Virus record (IMG/VR): IMGVR_UViG_3300032285_000220
Coordinates: 1-53,919 of that record
From: a virus
Lineage: Duplodnaviria; Caudoviricetes
Strand: one strand, 5' to 3'
DNA: 53,919 nucleotides
Numbering within the stretch: the stretch's first letter is position 1; the number at the start of each line of letters is the position of its first letter. This document shows positions 46,128 to 53,919 of the stretch, in pieces. A model generated the notes under the pieces. It made no database searches, was not told where the DNA came from, and saw only the letters and a list, made by a program, of their open reading frames with translations. A program made the translations under genes and the position numbers.

Positions 46128-46299
46128 TAGTTTCCTTTTCCTTTTCAAGTAAGCCTGCACCAAAAGCCATACCTAATTCATACCCCATTCTCCATGCTAT
46201 ATACATTTTCTCATCATCATATTTTAAAGATGCATAAGTAGGGCTTTGTAAAAAGAATCTCTCATACCATAATGTAAATGCTTCTTTATTTTCTATCAT
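46120..46299 (-). CDS. Hypothetical protein, 59 aa (not in ORF track)
   Basis: Translated by hand: MIENKEAFTLWYERFFLQSPTYASLKYDDEKMYIAWRMGYELGMAFGAGLLEKEKETNA. Fills the gap with overlaps on both sides. Confidence 0.6.
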   Translation of the reverse strand: MIENKEAFTLWYERFFLQSPTYASLKYDDEKMYIAWRMGYELGMAFGAGLLEKEKETNA

Positions 46300-46490
46300 T
46301 TCCCCCTCACTCTAGCTTTAACTGCATGCTCATAGATAGCCGCGATGTCAATTATCTCTTCTGATTTTAATCCTTTGGGTCTGATTTTAATAACACCATG
46401 ATGTATGGTTACGATAAGGTTGCGTTCACCACGATCAAAAGTCGTAGCAGACGTCTCCCTAATAGTGGGCTTCGTTGACTTTGTTGCCAT
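46296..46490 (-). CDS. Hypothetical protein
   Basis: AAGGAG RBS; 64 aa. Confidence 0.6.
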   Translation of the reverse strand: MATKSTKPTIRETSATTFDRGERNLIVTIHHGVIKIRPKGLKSEEIIDIAAIYEHAVKARVRGK

Positions 46491-46501
46491 ATCTCTCTCC
46501 T

Positions 46502-46699
46502 TTATTTGCGTCTATTGACGTGATAGTCCCAATCGTCAGCACAATCTTTGTCGCACCAACGTCTTGAGTCATTAAGTTTCGAGCCACAATTTAAACAGTG
46601 ACCAGTCCCTTCTAAATACTTAATACCTTCCATTTCCTTACGGCGAATGGCGTCTTCAAGTTCTATTCTATCCTGCGTTTTATCTGCATCATCTGACAT
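46502..46699 (-). CDS. TraR/DksA-like C4 Zn-finger protein
   Basis: N-terminus MSDDAD resembles F TraR MSDEAD; CLNC...WCDKDC. Confidence 0.6.
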   Translation of the reverse strand: MSDDADKTQDRIELEDAIRRKEMEGIKYLEGTGHCLNCGSKLNDSRRWCDKDCADDWDYHVNRRK

Positions 46700-46838
46700 A
46701 TTTAAGCTTTTGTAATACCAATCGAATTATGAATAAGTCTATCACTAAAGAAAAGACATAAGGTGCGTCTTCCTCTAGAAATTTAAGTTCTAAGCCTACC
46801 ATAACTCCTGATATTAACGCAAGCTGAAATATCCACAT
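46689..46838 (-). CDS. Small hydrophobic protein, 49 aa (not in ORF track)
   Basis: Translated by hand: MWIFQLALISGVMVGLELKFLEEDAPYVFSLVIDLFIIRLVLQKLKYVR. TAATG coupling. Confidence 0.55.
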   Translation of the reverse strand: MWIFQLALISGVMVGLELKFLEEDAPYVFSLVIDLFIIRLVLQKLKYVR

Positions 46839-47149
46839 TATTTAGATTTCACAGTCTGTTTCTCTACAAAAGATACTAACTCATTAACATACCATTGAGC
46901 CTTTTTCAAGTCCATTAATGTTGACTCTTTTAATCCTGCTCTTGACAAATACTTAATAGCAGTAAGACGTAAGTGTCCCGCAAACTCTTCAGGTGTTGAC
47001 TTAGCCTCCATATAGTCTATTGTTTCGATACCCCCGTGTGTGTAGTGTGGTGGATTATTAACCATATCTTTCATGTCTTCTCCTGCTCCTGTAAATTTGA
47101 CTGCATTTGAACCTGTGTAACTAGCTAAAATTGTTTTCATTCTTGTCAT
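46838..47149 (-). CDS. DUF3310/SaV-like protein
   Basis: DMVNNPPHYTHGGIETIDY...AIKYLSRAG.K....DLKKAQWY. Confidence 0.8.
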   Translation of the reverse strand: MTRMKTILASYTGSNAVKFTGAGEDMKDMVNNPPHYTHGGIETIDYMEAKSTPEEFAGHLRLTAIKYLSRAGLKESTLMDLKKAQWYVNELVSFVEKQTVKSK

Positions 47150-47442
47150 ACTAAATCCAAATTCCTTTCTACTATTTCTAAATCGTTTTCGTTGACTACC
47201 CAAGCATGCCCACTATTGTTTCGTATAGCTTCAAGGTTTCTATGTTGCAATTCAGTAGGGCGATTGTTTCCTGCCTTACATTCTATAGCTACAAATTTAC
47301 CTCTAACACACGCAACAATATCAGGCACACCTATACTTGTGTAAGCACCTGCAATAGGAAAGAAGTAATAAACATTTCTTTCTTTTAACATCTTAACTAC
47401 TTGTTGCTTAACCCACTTTTCTTTTACAGGTGCTTTTTTCAT
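47146..47442 (-). CDS. VRR-NUC domain nuclease (possible Holliday junction resolvase)
   Basis: E..V...GVPDIV....G.FVAIECKA....PTELQ. Confidence 0.85.
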   Translation of the reverse strand: MKKAPVKEKWVKQQVVKMLKERNVYYFFPIAGAYTSIGVPDIVACVRGKFVAIECKAGNNRPTELQHRNLEAIRNNSGHAWVVNENDLEIVERNLDLV

Positions 47443-47747
47443 CTAGGTATCTCCATGATTAATTGCATGGCTCTTGCTTTCTTATTGTGGTATTCCATAT
47501 TCTTTTTAGTAAGAATTCTAAAGTCCATCTTAGAGTTCATGAGTGCTTGTATATTATTCATAGCCTCTTTATACTCTAGATACACTTCGTCTGTATCATC
47601 TTCTGCAATTACATAGAATTGACCATCTCTAATGCCAACATTCTTTATATATTTACCTACATCTACGAGTTTAAGGATAGCCATTTTCTCCTTATCCTCT
47701 TTAGATATATCGGGTGAGTTCTCATGCATCGCATGATATACTTTCAT
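47439..47747 (-). CDS. Hypothetical protein
   Basis: GGAG RBS; ATGA overlaps. Confidence 0.6.
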   Translation of the reverse strand: MKVYHAMHENSPDISKEDKEKMAILKLVDVGKYIKNVGIRDGQFYVIAEDDTDEVYLEYKEAMNNIQALMNSKMDFRILTKKNMEYHNKKARAMQLIMEIPR

Positions 47748-48586
47748 ATGGTCTCCATAATTTGATTTACTTTGTTTAATACTACTGCTCTAGCACCTTG
47801 ACTTTCTCTCAAATCATCAGCTGTTACCCCTACTAGCAATCGTTCTAATTCTTGTCTTGCATTCTCTAGTTTAGGGTCGTTTGTTACATTAAGCTTAGTT
47901 AATAGATTTGTCAACTCTAATGCATTATCTACTAGACTATCTCTAAATATTTTCTTCTCCTCACCACCTAACCTATCAATCATATGTTCTAGGGTGTTAT
48001 GTAACCTAGACCATGCGTCTGACATAGCCATCTCAACACGACCTTCGTATGCTTTCTGATACTCTTGTTGCATCTCATTACGAATATCATCTGCGATGTC
48101 AACACGGAAGTCATTTGTTTCAGGCACAGGCATAATAGTATATCTCAAGTTAAACTTGTTTGCAATCTTATCAGCATCGGGATACTCTGTTCTATCAAAT
48201 AACTTACCTAATTTGAAAGCCATACCTTGAATGATATTAGGATACTCTTGTATAAACGTATTGATACGTGATTTAAACTCCGCCTCATACACACCAAGCT
48301 GATGTTTGTAATCAAAGAAGTTAGTCATAGGTAATAACCTTGTGCCTGTATCTGACCAAGGCAAAGTTTGCCTACCATGCCACTCTCGTATCTCACTCGC
48401 CAACTTAGTAATCTTGTCTAATTGGTCTGAACCTGCAAGGATATGTTTGTTATAGTTACCTGCCTTGATGGTTGTGTTTTTGTTTATATCAATTTCTTTG
48501 GACACATTTCTATCTAGTTTCCTAGCTGTCCATACTGATATGTTTAAGTCTATTAAGACTGCACTGCTTGCTATACTAATACTCAT
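47744..48586 (-). CDS. Conserved phage protein (DUF3150-like)
   Basis: AAGGAG RBS before MSISIASSAVLIDLNISVWTARKLD; TLPWSD.G.RLLP; LNVTNDP.L. Typically linked to MoxR/vWA genes. Confidence 0.55.
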   Translation of the reverse strand: MSISIASSAVLIDLNISVWTARKLDRNVSKEIDINKNTTIKAGNYNKHILAGSDQLDKITKLASEIREWHGRQTLPWSDTGTRLLPMTNFFDYKHQLGVYEAEFKSRINTFIQEYPNIIQGMAFKLGKLFDRTEYPDADKIANKFNLRYTIMPVPETNDFRVDIADDIRNEMQQEYQKAYEGRVEMAMSDAWSRLHNTLEHMIDRLGGEEKKIFRDSLVDNALELTNLLTKLNVTNDPKLENARQELERLLVGVTADDLRESQGARAVVLNKVNQIMETI

Positions 48587-48596
48587 GTTGTTCTCC

Positions 48597-49124
48597 TTAA
48601 TAACTGTCTGCAAAATCTACAAAATCAACTTCCATTACACCTAATGTTCTATTTTGTAATTTAGTTAAAAACTCATCAAGTTCACCACTAATAAAGTTCT
48701 GTTGAACCATGACCTCTTTTAGTTGTTTTACATAATGCTTGTCATAAGCGTATGTTCTGAGTTCCCCTGTGGGTTCTTGCTTTGTTGCTTTTTCAATATC
48801 TGCTTCAATATGTTTTTGGTTATACGCATCGGCGTTAATTTTTGCTAACGACGCAACGCCTAATAATCTTTCAAAGAAAGGATGACCGTTGGGAATGTCG
48901 CTCCAGTTTGTCCACCAATTACCATATCTAAAGTGAGGCATGGGGTATTTCTTTAACAACCATTTAGCTACAATAGTTGTAGCTGAGTGGGTTCTTGGTA
49001 TGTTGCCATTACGTAAATATTTAATAATGTTTTTGATTTGCCTATCACTAAACAAATTAAAATCCATTTCTAATTTTACTGATTTTGTGTATTGTTGTAT
49101 CTCTTGTCTTAAGTATGTTGCCAC
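48597..49124 (-). CDS. Hypothetical protein (probable GTG start at 49124)
   Basis: GAGGAG lies 7 nt upstream of GTG; the listed ATG overlaps the RBS. Confidence 0.6.
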   Translation of the reverse strand: MATYLRQEIQQYTKSVKLEMDFNLFSDRQIKNIIKYLRNGNIPRTHSATTIVAKWLLKKYPMPHFRYGNWWTNWSDIPNGHPFFERLLGVASLAKINADAYNQKHIEADIEKATKQEPTGELRTYAYDKHYVKQLKEVMVQQNFISGELDEFLTKLQNRTLGVMEVDFVDFADSY

Positions 49125-49145
49125 TTTATTTCTCCTCATTTAAAT

Positions 49146-49177
49146 GCGACAAGCGTATAACAATATACGATTGTCGC
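49146..49177. repeat. 32-nt palindromic element, copy A
   Basis: GCGACA-AGC-GTATA-ACAA-TATAC-GAT-TGTCGC. Confidence 0.85.
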
Positions 49178-49184
49178 TTGGTTA

Positions 49185-50342
49185 TTAATCAATATGAATT
49201 GTCTTACCATGTGGTGATGTGATATGTTTGGTTGTGATAGCCCATAAGGTAGGATAATCCCAATTACCACCAAAGTCATTCTCTACATAACCATCTGTCA
49301 ATATAATGATAGCTTCGGGTTGAATGCGTTTATCTTTGATATAATCATTGACGCACCCAACTGTCGTGCCACCACCCCCTGCAGGTTTTGTTGTTTGAAC
49401 CAATGAGTGATAATCACCTTGATTGTATGTCTCATGTCCTGCAACACAGGTATCCCAATACAACAACTCTATACTTGATGGGGATACATCATCACATATA
49501 GCTACAACTTCTGTTAAGAACTCGTTGAGTTCCTTGTCACCAATAGAACCTGATGTGTCTATACCTACAACAATCTGTCCTATTGATTCACCAATCATGC
49601 TAGGCATATAGATGTCATGCCCAATGAAACGCTTGTGTGGTCGTTTCCATGATGTCTTATCTTTGTTCTTACATGTAGCCGTTACAAAGTCACGCAACTG
49701 CTCACGCCAATTAACCTTAGGTTCAAGTATTTCGTTGACACTTCGGTTCTTATTACCTTGCATCTTACCTCGTATGATTTCACCTTGTCGTAAGGCTTGG
49801 TCTATCTGCTTGGCTACTTCTTTCTTTTCCTCGTCAGATAAACTATCAGCACCTTCCCAATCATGTGAGTCATGTCCTTCACCTTGACCTTGACCACCAT
49901 TCTTTTCAGCATCTTTCATAATCTCATCAAAGATTTGTTTAGTAGTCATACCTTTATACTTCAAGTCAAAGAGAGCCGAGTCGGGTCGCTTGGTAACTTC
50001 ACCTTGTTCATCAGCTTCATGTATCGCATAGTTCACAACATAGTCAGCCGCCATGTTAGCTACCATAGGATTAATCTTCCATAGTTTCTTCCATAGGTTC
50101 ATATGTTGATATGCCTTGTGTAATGCCTCATGCAACACGACAAAGTTTAACTCCTTATCATCTAGTGTTTTGATGAAGTCTGTATTGTAGATAACATCAC
50201 GACCATTGGTGCAAGCCGTAGGTATATCCTCGTTAAACATCACCTTGCCCACCGATAACACACCTGCAAACATACAGAATTGTTTGCTACGCATTATCGC
50301 TATGTGGGACTTCGTGACTCTTTGTTCACTTGTTAGTGCCAT
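49185..50342 (-). CDS. Metallopeptidase-vWA protein (DUF2201-like)
   Basis: TACTNG...FVVLHEALH (HExxH), N.AADY..N; MIDAS DTSGS, GGGT, ILTDG. Confidence 0.85.
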   Translation of the reverse strand: MALTSEQRVTKSHIAIMRSKQFCMFAGVLSVGKVMFNEDIPTACTNGRDVIYNTDFIKTLDDKELNFVVLHEALHKAYQHMNLWKKLWKINPMVANMAADYVVNYAIHEADEQGEVTKRPDSALFDLKYKGMTTKQIFDEIMKDAEKNGGQGQGEGHDSHDWEGADSLSDEEKKEVAKQIDQALRQGEIIRGKMQGNKNRSVNEILEPKVNWREQLRDFVTATCKNKDKTSWKRPHKRFIGHDIYMPSMIGESIGQIVVGIDTSGSIGDKELNEFLTEVVAICDDVSPSSIELLYWDTCVAGHETYNQGDYHSLVQTTKPAGGGGTTVGCVNDYIKDKRIQPEAIIILTDGYVENDFGGNWDYPTLWAITTKHITSPHGKTIHID

Positions 50343-50350
50343 ATATCCTC

Positions 50351-51397
50351 CTAGAAGTATTGGTTATTCTTAACTGCCCAATCAATGAATGACTTGTTCT
50401 GAGCCGCGACTGCCTTACGAGATGATGCCATGATGTTTACTGCAAACAAGGCTTGTATCTCCATAGGTAATCGTTGTAAGTATGTAAGCCACGCATCCAT
50501 ATGTTGCTCTGTGATTGTCATTAGTTCTCGCATGACTAGAATTACACGAGCCGCAGGGTCGCTTGGTAAGTTAGCTTTCTCAGGTTCTTTGTAAATACTT
50601 TCTTTAGTCGGTAAGCCATCAGCTAGACTAAAGTATGCTGACATATCACGAGCCGCTGACTCACCCAATGTGCCTGTGAGTGCAACCATAGTGGTATCTT
50701 CACCTAGTGTTGTTCTGTTCTTAACGATATGTGATGCCTTCTCTAATGAACGAGGGGATACGAAAGCCTCTTGTTGTTTGCGTGGATTGTAGATATACAT
50801 GTTCTCTTTCTGTGCTTCATCTGTATAACACGCTAGTGCATGAGGGAATTGTTTAACCCATGCTACAACCTCTGGTGCTATGTTGTTATCAATAGCCCAA
50901 CTAATCCATTCATCATCATTCGGATTACGCACAATGACTGCCGTCAATCTATTCTTGGCATGTGCTTTCATGGTATCGCCAACACCATCTGTTGTTAGAT
51001 TACCTGTTGAATACACGATAGAGTCGGGGTGAAACTTAACTGCACCTAATCGTCTCTCTAACATGACAGGCAATAACATATTCTTAACAGGCTCACTAGC
51101 TTTAGTTATCTCGTCTAGCATAATGATGACAGGCTTGTTATCATGGATAGCAAAGCGTTCATTCGGATAGAATGTTGTTGTCTTGCTCTCATGGTTCATA
51201 GCAGGCATAGCTAAGTCGCCTAAGTCTAAGTCTGCACAATCTATATACACAGGTGTGTGTTCTGGAAATCGTTTAGCTAACGACTTCAATATAGATGATT
51301 TACCAATGCCAGGTTGACCTTTGAGGTGAACCGTAACATCTTTACCTACTGTTGCAATTAATTCCTCTGCTTGTTTCAAACTTATTTCTTGTTGCAT
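50351..51397 (-). CDS. MoxR-like AAA+ ATPase
   Basis: Walker A GQPGIGKS, Walker B IIMLDE, TGN sensor, NR and SPRS motifs; adjacent to a vWA gene. Confidence 0.85.
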   Translation of the reverse strand: MQQEISLKQAEELIATVGKDVTVHLKGQPGIGKSSILKSLAKRFPEHTPVYIDCADLDLGDLAMPAMNHESKTTTFYPNERFAIHDNKPVIIMLDEITKASEPVKNMLLPVMLERRLGAVKFHPDSIVYSTGNLTTDGVGDTMKAHAKNRLTAVIVRNPNDDEWISWAIDNNIAPEVVAWVKQFPHALACYTDEAQKENMYIYNPRKQQEAFVSPRSLEKASHIVKNRTTLGEDTTMVALTGTLGESAARDMSAYFSLADGLPTKESIYKEPEKANLPSDPAARVILVMRELMTITEQHMDAWLTYLQRLPMEIQALFAVNIMASSRKAVAAQNKSFIDWAVKNNQYF

Positions 51398-51419
51398 GAT
51401 ACTCTCTCCTTAATGTTAA

Positions 51420-51451
51420 GCGACATTGGTATATTTCTATACACTTGTCGC
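51420..51451. repeat. 32-nt palindromic element, copy B
   Basis: GCGACA-TTG-GTATA-TTTC-TATAC-ACT-TGTCGC; overlaps the stop of 51437-52309. Confidence 0.75.
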
Positions 51452-52309
51452 AGGTTGAACTTCTACTAAAACTTGTGGGTTCTCTAACTTAATATTTTTA
51501 TCTAACCATCTTTTAATCATACCTATGTTGCAACGATAGCTATATCTACTATTACCTGTTGCACTAGCCCCAAGCCATATACTGCGTGAGCATTGTCTTA
51601 ACGCATAGTAATAGGATAGATATGTTTTATCTTCATCGGCAAATAAGTTAAGCATGCCTTCAATACCTTTAAATTGAGTTAATTCATTTACTTGTTTACT
51701 CAATGCTTCATCATGCTCTACACCTTCGTTGTTACTTAACTTCAACATGGTGTCTGCATACTTTAAGAACTTCTTATATGGTAGTCGCAACTCACGCATC
51801 TGCCTTGCATCAAACCTATACTTCACAGGTTTCTCAAACTGCTCGGGATACATTGGCTTGTTGTCATATGTTATGGCATACCAATCCCTTGCATTGATGT
51901 GATAGTCGTTTCTATCTAAACCAACAATACATTCAATCTGATTGTTCTTAACTAATGGACTTCGTGTAAATGGTGCAGGCACATATTTCTTATGGTCAAA
52001 CTCGTATATATACACACCACCTATATAGCTTAAAAAGTATTGCGTTGACCTTGATGGATAAGCACCTAGTGTTATCTCTTTGTGTGTAGGATAAAACCTT
52101 ACCAAGTCTGTGTCATAATAACCTGCGACATATACTTCAATGCCGTCTTGTATTTCTTGACGCAACCATTTCTCTTTCTCATATCTATCACCTAATCTAC
52201 GCACAGATTGGTTCTCACCTCTTACTGCTGTTCTGCTTTCAAATATATCTTTAGCATGTTTATAATCACTAATGCGTGGCATGTTATAAACATTAATATG
52301 AAATCCCAT
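51437..52309 (-). CDS. Hypothetical early protein
   Basis: 290-aa ORF with GGAG RBS; no recognisable motif. Confidence 0.7.
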   Translation of the reverse strand: MGFHINVYNMPRISDYKHAKDIFESRTAVRGENQSVRRLGDRYEKEKWLRQEIQDGIEVYVAGYYDTDLVRFYPTHKEITLGAYPSRSTQYFLSYIGGVYIYEFDHKKYVPAPFTRSPLVKNNQIECIVGLDRNDYHINARDWYAITYDNKPMYPEQFEKPVKYRFDARQMRELRLPYKKFLKYADTMLKLSNNEGVEHDEALSKQVNELTQFKGIEGMLNLFADEDKTYLSYYYALRQCSRSIWLGASATGNSRYSYRCNIGMIKRWLDKNIKLENPQVLVEVQPATSV

Positions 52310-52310
52310 G

Positions 52311-52652
52311 TTATTCTCCCTCTTTCATGTCATAACCTCTGTTCATCCAACTTACAAACTTCATGTTCTCAAGCCAATCTTGTAGGCTAGGTATCCACCC
52401 ACCACAATCCTCTTTAACATGTTGTTCACCTATTAATCGTGTTGGAACTTCACGACCATCACTATTCACAATGAATAATCCGAATTGTCTTTCACATTCA
52501 AAGATACCTTGTGCATGATGTCGTATGGCTCTGTGTCTTGCGTCAGCAAAACATTCTTTGGTTGCATCAAACCAATCGTGTATTGGTTGATAGTCAGCTT
52601 CAACACCACCCCATTTCTTTACAGATGTTTTAGAATGATAATGTGTATTCAT
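52311..52652 (-). CDS. DUF6915-like His-rich protein
   Basis: H..HSKTSVKKWGG...DY..IHDWFD.TK....D.RHRA.RHH..GIFECE..FG...EQHV.ED. Confidence 0.65.
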   Translation of the reverse strand: MNTHYHSKTSVKKWGGVEADYQPIHDWFDATKECFADARHRAIRHHAQGIFECERQFGLFIVNSDGREVPTRLIGEQHVKEDCGGWIPSLQDWLENMKFVSWMNRGYDMKEGE

Positions 52653-53080
52653 TATTCTTCCTCCTCATCATTCAAATCATATTCATAATCTTCAGTCGTT
52701 CTGTGGTTGATACCCACATTTAACTTAATACTTGGAGGGGTATCTCTAAAGTCAATCGTTAGATTACCTTGACCTCCGTCATTGTTATACCAATCAAGCC
52801 CTGTGTTATCTAATGCACGACTGCATAAATCTTCTAATACATCTGCTAGCTTGGTTGGTTTTGACTCTGCTTGTTGACCACCATAAGTTAGTGATGTCCA
52901 CGCAATCATATCGTCTGGTATTTCAATATAATTGCCATCATTACCAGAGATATAAACACCATCAACTTGTCCATCATCACCACCCCCTTGAAACTCTACA
53001 ACTACTAGCTTTGCACCTAGCAGATTTAACTGCGTCAGTAGCGTTGTTTTTTCTTGCTCGTTTGCAAATATATTTTTCAC
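52652..53080 (-). CDS. DUF6878-like acidic protein (probable GTG start at 53080)
   Basis: V.F.GGGDDGQV...DWYNNDGGQG.L.ID motif; GAGGAG 7 nt upstream of GTG. Confidence 0.6.
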   Translation of the reverse strand: MKNIFANEQEKTTLLTQLNLLGAKLVVVEFQGGGDDGQVDGVYISGNDGNYIEIPDDMIAWTSLTYGGQQAESKPTKLADVLEDLCSRALDNTGLDWYNNDGGQGNLTIDFRDTPPSIKLNVGINHRTTEDYEYDLNDEEEE

Positions 53081-53105
53081 GATAGTTCTCCTCATTAAAA
53101 AATAA

Positions 53106-53137
53106 ACGACAAGAGTATAAAGTTATACGATTGTCGC
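53106..53137. repeat. 32-nt palindromic element, copy C
   Basis: ACGACA-AGA-GTATA-AAGT-TATAC-GAT-TGTCGC, followed by TTGGTT as in copy A. Confidence 0.85.
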
Positions 53138-53174
53138 TTGGTTGATAAAACACTTCTTCATTTCCTACAAACAT

Positions 53175-53203
53175 ATTATAGCATGATTACTTTACATTGT
53201 CAA
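53175..53203 (-). promoter_or_regulatory. Consensus sigma70 promoter (early)
   Basis: - strand TTGACA-17 nt-TATAAT with TGn extension. Confidence 0.85.
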
Positions 53204-53221
53204 GTCATTGTCCAAAATTTT

Positions 53222-53422
53222 TTACTTACTTTTATGTGATGAATTAAGCCCTTTCAATAGTTCTAAATCAGTCACAACAATATAGTTTGACTTCGGCATA
53301 GGCACAATACAATGTTTATAATTGAGTGCATGTTTCTCACCACAACTTAAACAAGTCTTATAACCTAACTGATACCTAGCGTCAGCTATATCATCACCAC
53401 AATCAACGCATGAATAACTCAT
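53222..53422 (-). CDS. DksA/TraR-type C4 Zn-finger protein
   Basis: CVDCGDDIADAR...TCLSC; start MSYSC by ATGA overlap. Confidence 0.65.
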   Translation of the reverse strand: MSYSCVDCGDDIADARYQLGYKTCLSCGEKHALNYKHCIVPMPKSNYIVVTDLELLKGLNSSHKSK

Positions 53423-53682
53423 GGCAACTCTTTCCAAAATAAAAACGCAACATACGCAAACATCATGGCGTAAATTGTCCATGTCATGTATGTTTCTTCG
53501 CTACGGTCATTTTCCGACTGTGTCGTATATGTCCCGCCCCAAGCGTCTCTTGCTGAACGAGGTGTAGGTAGTTCAAACCTGTCTGGTCTAAAGAATACAT
53601 AACCTTGTTTTGCGTTACGCGCAAATTTTCTGTGTTGCCATGTCTCAAATTTGCGTATTGATTTCTTTTGTTCTTTGTTCAT
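53419..53682 (-). CDS. Hypothetical protein with C-terminal TM helix
   Basis: AGGAG RBS before MNKEQ; WTIYAMMFAYVAFLFW. Confidence 0.6.
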   Translation of the reverse strand: MNKEQKKSIRKFETWQHRKFARNAKQGYVFFRPDRFELPTPRSARDAWGGTYTTQSENDRSEETYMTWTIYAMMFAYVAFLFWKELP

Positions 53683-53860
53683 GTTCTCTCCTGTTAAGTT
53701 TAATAAGTCCTTGTTGTTCAAGGTATTTCAATCTGTGCCAATTAGTAATCAAAGCCACACATAGTTCTTTCTGTGTGATAGACGGATTACTCCGTAGTAT
53801 TTCGTTAACTTTGTGGGCTACCTTCCAATCATCTAACTTGGTATACATTAGAATAAACAT
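53645..53860 (-). CDS. Small winged-HTH-like protein
   Basis: ILRSNPSITQKELC...RLKYLEQQGLIKL pattern; start uncertain. Confidence 0.5.
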   Translation of the reverse strand: MFILMYTKLDDWKVAHKVNEILRSNPSITQKELCVALITNWHRLKYLEQQGLIKLNRREHEQRTKEINTQI

Positions 53861-53919
53861 TCCCCCACTAATGCATATACATCTTCCTTAACTTCTTTAA
53901 TTACTTCTAGCTTGATGAC

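Noticed and set aside
52120-52135. AACCTGCGACATATAC, a partial match to the hairpin element
   Set aside because: It is a half-site only, in the opposite orientation and inside a CDS; probably chance.
49146-53137. CRISPR array interpretation of the 32-nt palindromes (with the Cas4-like nuclease)
   Set aside because: The copies are kilobases apart and separated by whole genes; the PD-(D/E)XK nuclease sits in a normal replication module.
36509-53891. + strand ORFs in the early arm (e.g. 36509-36820, 40316-40702, 49612-49887, 52813-53085)
   Set aside because: They are antisense shadows of well-supported - strand genes.
1-53919. tRNA/rRNA genes, integrase/att site, alternative genetic code
   Set aside because: No cloverleaf or rRNA-like sequence was seen in the few gaps, no recombinase motifs were found, and genes tile densely under the standard code with TAA, TAG and TGA all used as stops.

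Overview
This window is a large, AT-rich segment of a tailed dsDNA phage genome with podovirus-like organisation (no tape-measure or sheath genes; tail-tubular-like and ejection-like proteins present), resembling uncultured aquatic phages. It has two convergent arms that meet with no gap at 36041/36042. The + strand arm (1-36041) is the late region: the 3' part of a Mu gpT-like major capsid gene, a structured RNA resembling the Mu-gpT-DE motif, a cluster of small Lys-rich genes, head-tail proteins, a long modular tail-fibre region, a three-gene exported/membrane module, holin, lysozyme, tail and ejection proteins, and a 1908-aa polyvalent protein. The - strand arm (36042-53919) is the early/replication region: primase-helicase, HTH protein, SSB-like protein, SNF2 helicase flanked by two HNH genes, PD-(D/E)XK nuclease, family A DNA polymerase (Leu762 type), TraR-like Zn fingers, VRR-NUC, and a MoxR AAA+/vWA-metallopeptidase module. 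The most notable unexplained signals are: three copies of a 32-nt hairpin element in front of early-gene RBSs, a 55-aa gene overprinted inside the 1908-aa gene, the exported Cys-rich module before the lysis genes, and a pseudoknot-plus-terminator leader in front of the helicase. No tRNA, rRNA, CRISPR array, integrase or reverse transcriptase was seen. All family assignments come from motif recognition by eye; no database searches were run.
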